A model generated the notes under the pieces. That model did no database searches. It saw only the letters and a list, made by a program, of their open reading frames with translations, and was not told the DNA's origin. A program made the position numbers and the translations under genes. Shown here one piece after another: positions 24,620 through 33,756 of a DNA stretch of 64,000 nt. Positions within the stretch are counted from its first letter, which is position 1, and each line of letters opens with the position of its first letter. This DNA is from a virus (Duplodnaviria > Caudoviricetes): IMG/VR virus record IMGVR_UViG_3300048086_000017, positions 341 to 64,340 of that record. One strand, 5' to 3'.

Positions 24620-26283
24620 GTCAAGGCAAGTTACTACAAACTATAGCTCATTTCAGGCGGCTCTTACTCCAGCGCAACGCACAAGCAGAGCAGGCGCTCA
24701 CCGCTGCCTATCGCACGACGCTTGCCACGATCAAGCCACAACTAGACCACCTCTACCAACACATGCAGACACGGCGAGATGCGGGGGAAGATGTGTCGCT
24801 CAACTTTCTCTATGAAGCCAATCGGATGGAGAGGCTGACCACCTTTATTTCACACGAGGTTAATCAGTATGGCTCTTTAGCCCTCAGTCATACAAACACC
24901 TTACAACATCAGGCCATCACCCTTGGCGGGCAATCTGCGCTGTCTCAATTGCATTCCCTAGTGCCTGACGGCGTGCACTGGTCATTTGGTCGCCCGTCAC
25001 CAGATGCCATTGCGAACCTTGTAGGGGCTAGCGCATCAGGAAGCCCCTTATCCGATCTGTTCAATGGCTTTGGCAAGGAAGCGGCTAAAGGGGTAAAGGA
25101 TGCGCTGGTAACTGGAGTCTCATTGGGCAATAACCCGCGCCGTATTGCCCCGCAAGTTGAGCAGGTGCTACAGGTGCCTAGATACAGAGCATTAGTCATT
25201 GCGAGGACTGAAGCAGCAAGGGCATACAGAACCGCGAACTTACAGACATTCAAAGCAAACGATGATGTGGTGAAGCAATGGCGCTGGACAAGTGCAAAGT
25301 CGATACGCTCATGTGCGGCTTGCCTTGGCATGGATGGATCGTTACACGATTTGGATGAGGATATGGGATCTCACCCGTCTTGCATGTGCGTCATGTCACC
25401 TCTTACAAAGTCGTGGGATGAGATATTAAGCCCGTTAGGGATAGACACGTCTGATATCAGCGATACGCAACCAGAATATGAAAGCGGTGCTGATTGGTTT
25501 GACAAGCAGGATGAGAAGACGCAGCGAGGCATTCTAGGCAGTGATAAGGCATACGAGCTTTACGCATCGGGAACGCCTCTCAAGTCATTCGTGGGGCATG
25601 CGAGCGACCAGAAATGGGGAGACAGCATCTATCAGAAGCCCTTGAAAGACATGGCAAAGGGACAAACTTCGCAAGAACCCGCAACGAAGCCCAGTATGCC
25701 CGCATTCCCACAAGGGAAAGACGCACAAGATGTCTTCTTGAAGCAATCACAGGCGCATGCCATCCAATCACTGACCAATGCAGAAAGAGAGAGCGTCAAG
25801 GAATACACCTATTTGAACTATCGAGACATCAACCCCGCGCTGCGTCATCCTGAAGACGTAGCAAAAGAGGACCGGAAGTGGATCGATGAGGAGATAGCTA
25901 ACCTTGATAAAGCCGTTGCTAAGGGGAGTGTCCCCGCTGATATGACCTCCTATCGAGGGATAGAGGCGTATGGAGGGACTCTCGATTTCTTCAAGCAAAA
26001 CGTTGGGAACATCATTTCTGACAACGCCTTTCAATCGACCTCACTGGATAGGGAGCGGGCGAGCATGTTCGCTGATGAGGGCGGCGCTATCGTCAGTGTA
26101 CGAATACCAAAGGGGACGAATGGCCTGTACGTGAGTCCCCTTTCAGAGTTTGATAAAGGAGGCGATACGGCAACACCGGAATATGAAATGTTGTTACCAC
26201 GCGGAACGAAATACAAGATCGTAGAACATACACCGGCAACTGAGGCGGGGAAAGAGCACTTTGTCTTTGAGGTAGTACCATGA
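24616..26283 (+). CDS. Minor head protein (MuF/SPP1 gp7) fused to C-terminal R-S-E ADP-ribosyltransferase
   Basis: MuF: RALVIARTEAARA, WRW...SCAACLGMDG, SHPSCMC. ART: EYT..NY.DIN..LR, YRG, FQSTS, EYEMLLPRG. Confidence 0.9.
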   Translation: MSQGKLLQTIAHFRRLLLQRNAQAEQALTAAYRTTLATIKPQLDHLYQHMQTRRDAGEDVSLNFLYEANRMERLTTFISHEVNQYGSLALSHTNTLQHQAITLGGQSALSQLHSLVPDGVHWSFGRPSPDAIANLVGASASGSPLSDLFNGFGKEAAKGVKDALVTGVSLGNNPRRIAPQVEQVLQVPRYRALVIARTEAARAYRTANLQTFKANDDVVKQWRWTSAKSIRSCAACLGMDGSLHDLDEDMGSHPSCMCVMSPLTKSWDEILSPLGIDTSDISDTQPEYESGADWFDKQDEKTQRGILGSDKAYELYASGTPLKSFVGHASDQKWGDSIYQKPLKDMAKGQTSQEPATKPSMPAFPQGKDAQDVFLKQSQAHAIQSLTNAERESVKEYTYLNYRDINPALRHPEDVAKEDRKWIDEEIANLDKAVAKGSVPADMTSYRGIEAYGGTLDFFKQNVGNIISDNAFQSTSLDRERASMFADEGGAIVSVRIPKGTNGLYVSPLSEFDKGGDTATPEYEMLLPRGTKYKIVEHTPATEAGKEHFVFEVVP

Positions 26284-26363
26284 CAAAAAAGAAAGTCAAG
26301 CCGCTTGGTGATCGATTCATCTGGCGTCAAGGGGATGTAAAAGTTGTAAAGAAAGGACGGTGA
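26280..26363 (+). CDS. 27-aa peptide translationally coupled to MuF-ART (not in ORF track)
   Basis: ATGA overlap; MTKKKVKPLGDRFIWRQGDVKVVKKGR*. Confidence 0.5.
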   Translation: MTKKKVKPLGDRFIWRQGDVKVVKKGR

Positions 26364-26369
26364 ATATAT

Positions 26370-26516
26370 ATGGTCTTCCTCCTTTTTGAATTCATCGTGT
26401 TATTGGGCTTTGTCGTGCTCTTTGGCGATACGGCCATTAACGCCGCCATTGCGAAGAATACCATACGTGCTATCTGCTATGGCACGGTAGCACTCTTAGC
26501 CCTTATCCGCATCTAG
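26370..26516 (+). CDS. 48-aa two-TM peptide (not in ORF track)
   Basis: RBS GAAAGGA; MVFLLFEFIVLLGFVVLFGDTAINAAIAKNTIRAICYGTVALLALIRI*. Confidence 0.55.
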   Translation: MVFLLFEFIVLLGFVVLFGDTAINAAIAKNTIRAICYGTVALLALIRI

Positions 26517-26526
26517 AAAGGGAGTT

Positions 26527-26706
26527 ATGGAGAAAGCTGAGCCACAGAGTGCGGTATGGGTAGAGGAGGGGAAGTACTTTGCCTGCATTGTCTCTAATCA
26601 TATCAAGATACAACGGGAGTTCGCATCATGGGAGGAAGCAAGTACATGGCGTGCATCGCTGATGATCTTCCTACGGGATGCCTCCCTAGAAATTGAGAGC
26701 GAATGA
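26527..26706 (+). CDS. 59-aa hypothetical protein (not in ORF track)
   Basis: RBS AAGGGAG; MEKAEPQSAVWVEEGKYFACIVSNHIKIQREFASWEEASTWR... Confidence 0.55.
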   Translation: MEKAEPQSAVWVEEGKYFACIVSNHIKIQREFASWEEASTWRASLMIFLRDASLEIESE

Positions 26707-26709
26707 CTT

Positions 26710-26931
26710 ATGAACGAGGAACAGCAACAGCCAACCTACCCGATAACCAACTACAACGTCATGACGCAGGGATTGATGATTAACATACAAATTTCACCCA
26801 CGACCGCTATCTCCCATCTTGTCGCCAACGAAGCATTAGGGGAAATACGGCGTCTCTTGAAGGAGCGGGATAAGCAGCAAGAAAGCCAACTTGCTCTTAT
26901 CCGACATGTCAACGCAACAAAGAACAATTGA
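26710..26931 (+). CDS. Hypothetical protein
   Basis: ORF track. Confidence 0.6.
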   Translation: MNEEQQQPTYPITNYNVMTQGLMINIQISPTTAISHLVANEALGEIRRLLKERDKQQESQLALIRHVNATKNN

Positions 26932-26939
26932 GGAGGAAT

Positions 26940-27212
26940 ATGGGATTAGCAATTCTTCCTGTCCATTTAAGCGTGCTTGAAGCGGCGCTGCAACTGCCAG
27001 CAGGCTATCATCTGATAGTGGCTCAGCATGAGATGAATAGCCCTTTCGTGTCCATCCTTGTTGAGTCGGCTGATATTCCCCAAGCCCCGACTGCGCATCC
27101 GCTCCCAACGCTTGATCTTCTGGTCACTGAGCATTGGCATCCTGAAGATCATTCGTATCGTAAATACACAGCAGAGGTGAAGGTGAGAGAGGACATAAGG
27201 TGGCAAAGATAA
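26940..27212 (+). CDS. Hypothetical protein
   Basis: RBS GAGGAGG. Confidence 0.65.
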   Translation: MGLAILPVHLSVLEAALQLPAGYHLIVAQHEMNSPFVSILVESADIPQAPTAHPLPTLDLLVTEHWHPEDHSYRKYTAEVKVREDIRWQR

Positions 27213-27448
27213 CCAGCAACCCGATAAAGAAGACCCACAAGCGACGCACACAGGATGAGATGAGCAAAGCGCTCGGCGTTCTTGACCAGCACCGCGATAC
27301 ACTGCACAGAAACGTTGACGATGAGCATGTTGACGTGCTCTATGACGCGGTGCGCGAACTAATGGAAACGCGGGCCATCCTTGCCAAACTGATGCAAGGC
27401 TTGAACTATCTGACCCTTGAAGCCCAGACGGGCATCAAAGCCATGTAA
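27200..27448 (+). CDS. Hypothetical protein
   Basis: GTG start with RBS GAGGA. Confidence 0.6.
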   Translation: MAKITSNPIKKTHKRRTQDEMSKALGVLDQHRDTLHRNVDDEHVDVLYDAVRELMETRAILAKLMQGLNYLTLEAQTGIKAM

Positions 27449-27462
27449 TTCCTGACAAATAC

Positions 27463-27491
27463 TTGACAGAATGAGAGGACGCACGTATACT
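27463..27491 (+). promoter_or_regulatory. Consensus sigma70 promoter before scaffold/capsid genes
   Basis: TTGACA-17-TATACT. Confidence 0.6.
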
Positions 27492-27492
27492 T

Positions 27493-28182
27493 ATGGCAAC
27501 AGAACAAACCTCCCCTGGCACGGGCGCGACGCCCACCCCAGAGATGCCTGCGATAGGCACCCCGACTTCACCGAGCGCGACGCTCACGAAGCCAGCGACA
27601 ACGCTAGAGGAAGCGTTAGCGCGGATTGCGGATTTAGAGCGGCACGCAGCCAATAAGGAAGAAGAGGCCAAGCGCCACGGCAAGAACCTCACATCAGCCG
27701 AGAAACGACTCGCTGACTATGAGGCGAAAGAACGCGCACAGCAAGAGGCCGCACTTTCAGAGGCTCAGCGCTCGGAGAAGCGGGCACTAGACGCAGAGCA
27801 ATTAATTCAGCGATACAAAGACGATCTCATTTCAGCACGTGTGGAACTGGCCGCGCACAGCCTTGGCATTATCGACCCTGGCATTGCAGCACTTGCCATT
27901 AAAAGCACACTGGAATATGGTGATGATGGGTTGCCTACGAATGTAGACGATGCCCTCAAAGCATTAGTCAAGAGCAAACCCTATCTTGCGCCACCAAAAC
28001 CCGCTGAACAAACACAAGCAACACCGCCTGCTACGCCTGCACAGACAGCGCACCCGCCAGCATACCAGACACCCGCAATTCCCGCTATGAATCCAGGCCG
28101 GTCCAGCATTGCCGCGCCCGGTTCCCTTCCTCCTGGTCACATCACACGCTTATCAGACCCAAGTGTGTTCAAGCGCCCATAG
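27493..28182 (+). CDS. Capsid scaffolding protein
   Basis: Coiled coil, LKALVKSKPYL motif, Pro-rich tail; upstream of the capsid gene. Confidence 0.85.
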   Translation: MATEQTSPGTGATPTPEMPAIGTPTSPSATLTKPATTLEEALARIADLERHAANKEEEAKRHGKNLTSAEKRLADYEAKERAQQEAALSEAQRSEKRALDAEQLIQRYKDDLISARVELAAHSLGIIDPGIAALAIKSTLEYGDDGLPTNVDDALKALVKSKPYLAPPKPAEQTQATPPATPAQTAHPPAYQTPAIPAMNPGRSSIAAPGSLPPGHITRLSDPSVFKRP

Positions 28183-28240
28183 CCAGGGGTAGAGATAGAT
28201 TGAAGGCTCCTGGCAAGAATACATGCCAGGAGTTAATTTT

Positions 28241-29248
28241 ATGGCAATTGCAGCGAATTCGGTAAGCCTTGCGGATTATGCTCTCAACAGCAATAGCCCG
28301 TTAGTGCGTGCCGTCTCCTATTCCCTCATCCAAAACGACATCATCCTTCAAGATATCCCCCTCATGACGAAAAAGAGTATGATCGTCAATGGGGTCCGTT
28401 TTGAAGGCAACCTACCCTCTGTGAACTGGTCACAATTGAATGCCGAGGGCGTCACCACGAAGGGCACCCCCACGGCATACAGCGAGCAGGTCTATCTCTT
28501 ACGCAACTACATCGACGTTGACCATGTGTTTGTTGAAGAGGAAAACCAGATCGTTGACCCGCGAGCCTCCCAGGTTGGCGCGTACATGCGGGCGTTTACC
28601 TACGACTTCAACGATAAATTTGTGAACAACAACCACATCACCGGCAACGCACAGGCCCCAGTCGGCATTAGAGCACGTATCGACAACGGCGCGACCTTTG
28701 GTGTTCGCAGCGAGAACAAGGTGAACGGTGGCGGCGTCGATCTCACCCAGGCCGCAGCCACGCAAGCCACCGCCAACAAGTTTATCGAACTGCTCGACCA
28801 ACTCTTATGGTCCGTTGACTCCCCTACCGGCAGCGGTGTGATCCTCTACATGAACGAGGTCATGCGGCGTCGCTTCGCCTTCGTGATCCGCTTAATGGGC
28901 ACTAGCGGCGGTTTCGCAACCACTCAAGACCAGTTCGGACGCACCATCGACATGTATAAGGGCGCCGTGATACGCGATACCGGCTATAAGGCCGATCAAA
29001 GCACACGCATTATCACCTCCACTGAGGATAGCGCGGGCGTTGACGCCTCCAGCACCTACACCAGCATCTACGCCGTGAACTATGGCGACGGGCATTTCAG
29101 GGGTTGGCAGTTTGGAGAGTTGACCGCGTTGGATTTGGGCCTCATCAACAACGGGGTCATTTACCGCACATTCATCGAATGGATAATTGGACTCGTAAAT
29201 GACTCAACCCGCTCACTTGGTCGTTTGTACGGGATCAAACTCGCGTAA
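28241..29248 (+). CDS. Major capsid protein
   Basis: Position and size after scaffold; VNWSQLN..V, TSIYAVNYG; RBS AGGAG. Confidence 0.88.
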   Translation: MAIAANSVSLADYALNSNSPLVRAVSYSLIQNDIILQDIPLMTKKSMIVNGVRFEGNLPSVNWSQLNAEGVTTKGTPTAYSEQVYLLRNYIDVDHVFVEEENQIVDPRASQVGAYMRAFTYDFNDKFVNNNHITGNAQAPVGIRARIDNGATFGVRSENKVNGGGVDLTQAAATQATANKFIELLDQLLWSVDSPTGSGVILYMNEVMRRRFAFVIRLMGTSGGFATTQDQFGRTIDMYKGAVIRDTGYKADQSTRIITSTEDSAGVDASSTYTSIYAVNYGDGHFRGWQFGELTALDLGLINNGVIYRTFIEWIIGLVNDSTRSLGRLYGIKLA

Positions 29249-29272
29249 GGCGTGTAGGAATGGAGAACACCT

Positions 29273-29764
29273 ATGGAACATAAGATGCAAGTTGAGGACT
29301 ACACGTCACTACACGCGGATGTCAAAGCGGTTATGTCGCAAGATGTCCATGTGGGGCGTGTGTTAGGGGCGATGCTGCTCTATCTGGCCCATGCCCACGG
29401 GCTTGACCCGGCGCAGATAGAGGCCGATGCGGCGGCGCAAGCCCGAGCTTCCAAACGCGCACAAGAGGATAAGGACGCACAAGCCCTTGCCGATGTGCTT
29501 GTTGAGGTTCGCGCACTTGAGGATAAAGAGACGCTTACCCATGCTCAGATGGCTGCACGCAAGATCAAACGTGAGCAAGAGGATAAGGACGCACAAGCCG
29601 CAGCCGACGCGCTGGTTGCCACACGTGCGCAAGAGGACGCCGCCATTGCTGCCACGCTCGTGCCTGATGCATCGGCGAAAGAGCCACTTGTGAAGCCCGA
29701 TCCCTACGCTCAATCGCACAAATCCAAGCCATTTATGAAGGAGGAATACCCCCATGCCAACTGA
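29273..29764 (+). CDS. Hypothetical protein with internal repeat
   Basis: QEDKDAQA.AD.LV repeated. Confidence 0.65.
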   Translation: MEHKMQVEDYTSLHADVKAVMSQDVHVGRVLGAMLLYLAHAHGLDPAQIEADAAAQARASKRAQEDKDAQALADVLVEVRALEDKETLTHAQMAARKIKREQEDKDAQAAADALVATRAQEDAAIAATLVPDASAKEPLVKPDPYAQSHKSKPFMKEEYPHAN

Positions 29765-30149
29765 CGCCCTTATCGCCCTACAGGCGGCGGTCACGAAGAC
29801 GGCCACATTCAACGGCGCGGCGCTCATCTTGCCGGGTGGGACACCCCGCAGGGGACTCGTTGCGCGTGTCATTTACTCTGCCGCAACTCAGGCATCTGGT
29901 AGTGGGGTATGGACTTTTAGCATCGACGTCTGCTATGACGGCGTTCCAACGCTCTGGCTTGCCGACTTCGTAGCTCCTCCTATCACCCTTACAACTACGG
30001 CACAGGCAAATGAGATTTTTCTCCCGTTTTCCATCAGCCCCACGTCAGTCGCCAATGGTACTCAGGTCCGCCTAAGTGCTACACTGTCAGGCTCGCCTGT
30101 GACGCCCACAATTACATATAGCGCAGATATTGTACTTTCTAGGCCTTGA
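29754..30149 (+). CDS. Putative virion structural (head decoration-like) protein
   Basis: Beta-rich, Thr/Ala-rich, in head module. Confidence 0.6.
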   Translation: MPTDALIALQAAVTKTATFNGAALILPGGTPRRGLVARVIYSAATQASGSGVWTFSIDVCYDGVPTLWLADFVAPPITLTTTAQANEIFLPFSISPTSVANGTQVRLSATLSGSPVTPTITYSADIVLSRP

Positions 30150-30193
30150 TACCCGTACTGTTCCTATGAAAGCCGTGAAAAGGAGAATGATCC

Positions 30194-30412
30194 ATGGATA
30201 ACCTTCCCAAAGACAAGTCGTCTGCAAAGTCTCCCAAAGAGGGCGATACCGTGCTCTATACCGCGCCCGATGGTCGCACGCACAACGCTACCATCGACAA
30301 GCTTTCTGGCACTGTTGCTGATCTGACGGTCAATGTCGATGGCAATGCTCAGAAGGTGGCGGGCGCGTCCCGTAGCGAGCATGGCGGGCCGAACACCTGG
30401 GATATCGCATAA
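30194..30412 (+). CDS. Hypothetical small protein
   Basis: RBS AAGGAG. Confidence 0.65.
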   Translation: MDNLPKDKSSAKSPKEGDTVLYTAPDGRTHNATIDKLSGTVADLTVNVDGNAQKVAGASRSEHGGPNTWDIA

Positions 30413-30427
30413 GGAGAACATGGGAGC

Positions 30428-31036
30428 ATGGCAGTAAGAACGTCAATGGCAGCATTAATACTGCGAGTCAGGACGCTTATCAATGACACCTTACCGGTTG
30501 GCAATGGTCAGATATTCACCGACCAGACCATTCAGGATGTCATGGATGAGAGTCGCATGGACTTCAAGAATGTCATGCTCAAGCCTGCTCCCACCTTCAC
30601 AACGGGCATAGTCCAGTATCTCGATTATTGGGCTGATTACGGCGGTGGTTGGGAAGACTCAACCACCTTCAAACAATGGCTCTCTTCGTCTGTCACTCCC
30701 TCTCTTTCCGAACCGATAGCAGGTCATTGGCAGTTCTCAGCGTCTACACTTCCCCCAGTGTACATTTCTGGTGCTGTCATGGACTGCTATCGAGCGGCGG
30801 CAGACCTGCTAGAGCGACAATCCGCGCAATGGCTTATGTCCTACAACATCGTAGTTGACGGGCAAAACCTGCAACGTAGTCAAGTGGCTGATGCCATGCA
30901 AAAGCTAGCGCGTTCGTATCGCATGAAGCAGAGGCCGGGCACTATCCAGGCCATCAGGACCGACTTGAACGCAACGCAGAGGCCCGATGAGGGATTGAGC
31001 GGACCTCGTTTTTACGATTACATGACAAAAGGCTAG
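30428..31036 (+). CDS. Head-tail connector/adaptor protein
   Basis: LRVRTLIND...FTDQTIQ; YRAAADLLE; synteny. Confidence 0.7.
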   Translation: MAVRTSMAALILRVRTLINDTLPVGNGQIFTDQTIQDVMDESRMDFKNVMLKPAPTFTTGIVQYLDYWADYGGGWEDSTTFKQWLSSSVTPSLSEPIAGHWQFSASTLPPVYISGAVMDCYRAAADLLERQSAQWLMSYNIVVDGQNLQRSQVADAMQKLARSYRMKQRPGTIQAIRTDLNATQRPDEGLSGPRFYDYMTKG

Positions 31037-31049
31037 AGGAGAAAGACAC

Positions 31050-32279
31050 ATGACGGCAAATACCAGCGAGTGGCAAAAGAATATTGCGGTCTTGTGCGAC
31101 CTCTTGCAGCCGCCCATAGCCATTGCAGGCACCTTCACCGCGACGGCTACCAATCCGAGCGTGGGAACAGACGGCGCGGCTATCCCCACGTCAAGTACGC
31201 TTGTTGGCGCGTCTGATGGCACCAACCTTCAGCCGTTGCAAGTGGATGGATCGGGCAACCTCAAAATTGTAGGCAGTATCACCGCATCTAACCCAAGCGT
31301 CAGTACCGATGGGTCAGCCATACCAGCCTCATCAACCCTGATCGGGGCCAGTGACGGCACTCTCTTACAGCAGTTGCTTGTCGAGAGTGCAACCAATCGT
31401 AACCTACGCATAAGCCTCTACAGCGGCGCGAACGAGGCAACGATAAGCGGCGGTGCGCTCACTGTTGCCGGTACTGTCACGGCCAATGCAGGGACGGGCA
31501 ACCATACCGTTGTGCAGGCTACAGGGTCAAACCTTCACGCCGTTCTTGACGCCTCAAGTGCAGTCATAGGGCACGTTATTGCAGACGCCTCTACCGCCGT
31601 GATAGGACATGTCATTGCAGACACAGGAAGTACGACGGCGGTAACGAGCCTTCCTGCTCTTCCTACTGGCGCGAACACCATTGGCAATGTGGGGTTGGTA
31701 ACGGGCGCGGCCACCATAGGCGCGGTGACACAGGCATCAGGGCCATGGACAAGCAATCTTACCCAAATCAATAGCGCAGCCATCGGGGTGGGCAATCCAT
31801 TCCTGACGAACGATATCGTGCGAGCCTATACACAATCTGCCCAGGGCTTTGCAGCGACCAGCGACAAGATTACTAGTTCGGTTGCTCAGAATGCGGGCGT
31901 CTTCCTGTTCAATCCCAATACCGCGAAAACGTGCGTGATTACAGCCATTCGCGTCTACAACACGGCTGCATCAGCGCAGCCACAACTGCGCACGATCACG
32001 ACGGCACCGACAACCGGCTACACGGCTATCACGCCCATCAACCGAGTGATCGGCAATGCAGCAACAAGCCTGATGACATCGGGCTATAACGCGAATGTGG
32101 GCAGTATCACGGGAACCGCTATCGATACGCTCAACAGTTCAACCAATACCACGCTTGAATTCTGTCAAAACAACAAGGTGTACATCCTGCCACCTAGCTC
32201 TAATCAAGGCTTACTTGTGTGGTTTGCAGAAGGCGGCACGGGATCGTTCGGAGTCACGTTCGAGTATGTGGAGTACTAA
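31050..32279 (+). CDS. Putative neck/collar fiber-like virion protein
   Basis: Ala/Thr/Gly-rich with internal repeats (NPSV.TDG.AIP.SSTL.GASDGT; AVIGHVIAD x2). Confidence 0.55.
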   Translation: MTANTSEWQKNIAVLCDLLQPPIAIAGTFTATATNPSVGTDGAAIPTSSTLVGASDGTNLQPLQVDGSGNLKIVGSITASNPSVSTDGSAIPASSTLIGASDGTLLQQLLVESATNRNLRISLYSGANEATISGGALTVAGTVTANAGTGNHTVVQATGSNLHAVLDASSAVIGHVIADASTAVIGHVIADTGSTTAVTSLPALPTGANTIGNVGLVTGAATIGAVTQASGPWTSNLTQINSAAIGVGNPFLTNDIVRAYTQSAQGFAATSDKITSSVAQNAGVFLFNPNTAKTCVITAIRVYNTAASAQPQLRTITTAPTTGYTAITPINRVIGNAATSLMTSGYNANVGSITGTAIDTLNSSTNTTLEFCQNNKVYILPPSSNQGLLVWFAEGGTGSFGVTFEYVEY

Positions 32280-32468
32280 ATGCCTGGTATCTCTACAGTC
32301 ACCGTGAATATGCGGATATGGCGAGATGGGCTTCTCGTTCACTGGGAGGTGAACAAACTCATCAGAGTAACAATTGACCTGAAAGAGTATCTCAGGCTTT
32401 CAGAGGAACAGGCGCAAAGTTTGCTCAAGAGGCTTGATGAGCAGGATAAGGCAGAGGTGACAAGCTAA
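32280..32468 (+). CDS. Hypothetical small protein
   Basis: Abuts both neighbours. Confidence 0.55.
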   Translation: MPGISTVTVNMRIWRDGLLVHWEVNKLIRVTIDLKEYLRLSEEQAQSLLKRLDEQDKAEVTS

Positions 32469-32851
32469 TGCCTGGTATGAATGCGGTCAGTGCCGCTGAA
32501 ATGGCGGCTATACGCTCAGAAATTGCTAGTGCCGCGCTGGATTTGCCGTGTGTGATTAAGCGCAAGACGCAATCGAGAGATGCCTATGGGACGGCAACGG
32601 AAACATGGGCAACGGTGGCAACGGTCAATGCGGGTGTCTCTTCGCCTTCTATGACGCACCTACAAAACTTTGCCTACTTGATAGGCAGCAGCATCACCTA
32701 CCAAGTAAACCTGCCATACGGGCAAGATATCCAGGTTGACGACCATTTAGAGATGGGGTCAGACATCCTTGTAGTCCAGGTCGAAATCTCACAACAGTCC
32801 TATTCAGCCGTCAGCACGGTACTTGCTAGCAAGGTTGAACACAGTGGATAG
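32468..32851 (+). CDS. Head closure (head-tail adaptor) protein
   Basis: RDAYGTATETWATVATV; DIQVDDHL; synteny. Confidence 0.8.
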   Translation: MPGMNAVSAAEMAAIRSEIASAALDLPCVIKRKTQSRDAYGTATETWATVATVNAGVSSPSMTHLQNFAYLIGSSITYQVNLPYGQDIQVDDHLEMGSDILVVQVEISQQSYSAVSTVLASKVEHSG

Positions 32852-33248
32852 CTATAACCATTTCAATAAATTAGCACAAGCGTTGCCTGGCGTGCTCTCG
32901 CAAGTGGTGAGAAAGACGGCGTTTGATGGGCAAGGGCATATTCAGGAGCAGATACGAGCCAACGACCAAATAGACACGGGCTTCATGTTCAATAGCGTCT
33001 ATGTCGTGACCAGTGAGGAGACAACGTACAAGGGAGGTGCAGAAGCTTTGCCACCAGTTGACAAGCCTGAAAACAATCAAGAGGCATATGTAGCGGTAGC
33101 AGCTAAATATGCTCAGTTCCCTAATTACGGCACAAGGTTCCAGCCCGCTAAACCCTTCTTTGAGCCTGGAATGGAGAAGACGCGCAAGGGTTTCGATCAG
33201 GCCATCGCTGCCATAGAGAAGAAGTTGAAAGAGGCGAGCGGCTCATGA
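32844..33248 (+). CDS. HK97 gp10-like neck protein
   Basis: IDTGFMFNS, YAQFPNYGTRFQPAKPFFEPG. Confidence 0.88.
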   Translation: MDSYNHFNKLAQALPGVLSQVVRKTAFDGQGHIQEQIRANDQIDTGFMFNSVYVVTSEETTYKGGAEALPPVDKPENNQEAYVAVAAKYAQFPNYGTRFQPAKPFFEPGMEKTRKGFDQAIAAIEKKLKEASGS

Positions 33249-33670
33249 GTGTCATCGAAACGGGGCTAGCTTTGCAGTGGCTCACATCCACACTGCTCAA
33301 TGATGCAACACTTACCAGCCTTGCGCCGGGAAGCGTTTGGCGAGGGCTTGCCCCGACGAGTGTGACCACATACCCGTTTTGCGTCTACAATTTTCAGGCC
33401 GGTAGCGATCTGCTCACCTTCAATGTCACCCGTATCTGGTCAAGCCAACTCTTCCAAGTGCGTTGTGTAGGGCCAGCAAGCAATACGGCGGGCATCATGA
33501 ATGCAGCATCACGCGTTGATGCACTTCTAGGGAGAACATCAGGCACCCCAACGGGCGGGATAATTTACGCCGCATATAGGGAATCACCTCTCTTGCTAGA
33601 GGAGTTAGTCAACGGCGTTCTGTTTTCATCTATCGGCGGTTTGTATAGATTGCTTGTACAACAGGCATAG
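33245..33670 (+). CDS. Tail terminator/completion protein
   Basis: VWRGLAP...YPFCVY; synteny. Confidence 0.8.
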   Translation: MSVIETGLALQWLTSTLLNDATLTSLAPGSVWRGLAPTSVTTYPFCVYNFQAGSDLLTFNVTRIWSSQLFQVRCVGPASNTAGIMNAASRVDALLGRTSGTPTGGIIYAAYRESPLLLEELVNGVLFSSIGGLYRLLVQQA

Positions 33671-33756
33671 TAACATTTTTATTGTCTTTTCGTATCTCTT
33701 GCTTAGCACCTGGGATGGCTCAGATGTTAGGCTGGGGGTGATGGAAGGAGTCATAC

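Noticed and set aside
29462-29600. 24-bp direct repeat CAAGAGGATAAGGACGCACAAGCC
   Set aside because: In-frame internal duplication of a coding segment.
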